Assembly (NCBI GenBank): GCA_043228905.1
Contig: JBHGNT010000007.1
Location: forward strand, 9,796,001-9,860,000
Direction: 5' to 3'
Source: Azolla caroliniana
Taxonomy: Eukaryota > Plantae > Polypodiophyta
DNA length: 64,000 nucleotides
Position 1 is the first letter of the stretch, and the number at the start of each line of letters is the position of its first letter. This document shows, one piece after another, positions 61,923 through 64,000 of this stretch. The notes beneath the pieces are model-generated. The model ran no database searches, was not told where the DNA came from, and saw only the letters and a list, made by a program, of their open reading frames with translations. The translations under genes were made by a program, and so were the position numbers.

Positions 61923-63760
61923 GTCGATTTATTTATTAGGTTCAAACGAATGCATCCAACTATCAAAGTTCAACTACGAACATTCGAGTCTCTTAAGCCA
62001 CACTTTGTGAGACGCTTAAAGGATCGATACACATGTTGTTGCATTTACCATGTACAAATGGGTTTTCTGAAGGAGTCTGTTAATCTACTACGTCACCATA
62101 GCGCATCCCTAACTAATACAGTTTGCACATGTGGGTGCCCAATCTGTCGATCAAGCCCGCAAGAGAAGTGTAAATCATCTGAGCACGTTATCTCTTCCAT
62201 GAGTTATTTATTAGATTCAATATTGTGTCCGAGAGAAACTGACGCTATCTTCCATATTCATAAATGTGTCATGGGTTTATGTCAAGATTGTGGCCCTACT
62301 AGATTTAGGTGGTGTCCAAATGAATTTAGTGAAATATTGATCTCTGTGAAGTTATTTGAGTCAGTGAACACCAATTTCGAAGGAAAGGTGTGTAAAAGAA
62401 AGGATCTAGTTCGGAAGATGCTTAAACCAAGGGATTTGGTGTCTCTGTTTGTAGTATCTCTAGGAAAGTTCATTAAACACAACTTCCTTTATTCATGGCA
62501 GGCCCATCAGTTTAAGACTTGCATATCTGATTTCCCAAATGATGTAGTAGTCTCAGTAATAGATTTCGCAAAGAATTATACTTTCAAGCAGCAGAATGAA
62601 ATTCAATCTATGCATTGGTGTTCAGTTGAGGTAACCATTTTGGTGCACATAACATATTTTCGAGTTTCAGGTGATGTTAAAAAAGTAATTCATTTCTTTA
62701 TTTCCGATGATAAGAAGCATGATACCTTGTTCGTCCAACACTGTTTTAAGTTACATTGGCAGTGGTTATTAGCTCAACGTTTGGAGCTTACTCAACATTG
62801 GGTCTGGTCTGACGGAGCTGCATCACAATTCAAGGCTCGACGTCCATTTTATTTTGTGGGGAGGTATCCTGCTATAACAGGTTTGGAGATGAGATGGAAT
62901 TTTTTTGGGTCTGGCCATGGTAAAGGTGAACATGATGGTGCAGGGGCTGTTATAAAGCGGGCACTTACCCATGAACAACTAAAGACAGATGGTGTGCACA
63001 TGAATTGTGCATCACATGTAGTTGAATTTTTAAGAACAAATATGTCAACGAGTGCCACAGGTGTTTATTCCTCGCAAGTCCGAGATATCAAACGTGAATT
63101 TTGGGAAGTGAAGATAGATGAAGTAAATAGGGAGAAGACCCGGGAGTGCCAAGGAATTCCCGAATTGTGATCTCTGCATGCTGTTCACGGTTATTCCAGG
63201 TTGGATGGTCATGTATTGCGGTTAGAGAATTGACTTGTTTTTGCTTCCATTGTGTGCAGGGAAATTGGAGATATTGTCTAAACAAAGCATACATTCAGAA
63301 TTGGGAGTATCACACTCTGAATGATAAGGAATCAGTTGATGGAGAAATAGGGCAGAATGCTGACTTCACATATGAGGGACTTGGAGATACTTTGAGTGAT
63401 GTCCTGAACGTTGGGGATAACTTCGTTGTAAATGCTAAAGAAGGCAATTCAGAGGGTGCTGATTTCTATATATTAAAGTGCATGGTTAGTAAACAGTGTG
63501 CAAGGCAGAATATTGTCGATGCATGGGGAAATTTTGTATCTGTCGGGACATTCTACATCGAAGGCATTTTTTATGCAAAACTAGATGACTACGAATATGT
63601 GTACATGCTGTTAGAAGACAAACTAGCGGTGTACATGTACTCTCATTTGGTCAGGTGCATCAACGTCCCAATGTCAGAATACAATAGCTGCTCCGGTTTA
63701 TACACTGTTGGTGGTAATGTGTATGAATGTATTTACAATAGTATGCCATGGAATTTGTAG
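61923..63760 (+). pseudogene. Transposase exon 2 (Sola2-like catalytic domain), with TGA at 63168 and a frameshift near 63215
   Basis: Acceptor ctaat...ttacgcAG; TCCCIYH, DFAKNY..QQNEIQSMHW, WSDGAASQFK, FFGSGHGKGEHDGAGAVIKR, CFCFHC. Confidence 0.8.
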
Positions 63761-64000
63761 CTACAAGTAGCACTTACCATGTTCTCTTGTAAAACAAACA
63801 TGTATTTCGCGAAAACAGTTAAATAAATTCGTTTGGAATCAATTTCTTGTATACAGTCTGCTTTCTGTGCTTCTTTCTCAATAAAATCATGTCTTTTTTG
63901 TTAAGTTTTAAGTTATAAGTTATAGCGAAATAGTCATCAGTAGCTAATTAGCTGTACAAATGCAGCTAATTAGCTGTCAATAGCTAAATAGTCATCAATA

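Larger units (their letters stand above)
57739..64000 (+). mobile_element. Sola2-like DNA transposon (ends uncertain; runs off the right edge)
   Basis: DDD transposase motifs; AGCTAATTAGCT motifs near both flanks. Confidence 0.65.

Overview
Eukaryotic, gene-free, heterochromatin-like window. The transposon lineages and the plant-type tRNA-Glu suggest a non-seed land plant such as a bryophyte, lycophyte or fern (inference). Positions 4.35-25.45 kb hold a tandem array of ~460-690 bp units, nearly all carrying one tRNA-Glu(TTC) gene or pseudogene (about 23 copies). The array flips orientation at ~10.96 kb and is interrupted by Gypsy elements and a 1.9 kb LINE-like insert with a 17-bp TSD. Positions 25.45-57.7 kb are a nest of LTR retrotransposons: tRNA-Trp-primed Gypsy A contains a Tnt1/Tork-like Copia, which contains Gypsy B, which contains a self-priming Tcn1-like chromovirus. 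Gypsy C also sits in A, and a ~3.3 kb block is duplicated. Positions 57.7-64 kb hold a decayed Sola2-like DDD transposase whose intron is an AGCTAATTAGCT palindromic satellite carrying a solo LTR. Most notable: the inverted tRNA-Glu satellite; CpG-centred 4-bp target sites at all five insertions of the TGTC...GACA Gypsy group; antisense tRNA-like Pol III cassettes inside two LTR families; and a slippery site plus pseudoknot after the protease of Gypsy B. All calls were made by eye, with no database searches.
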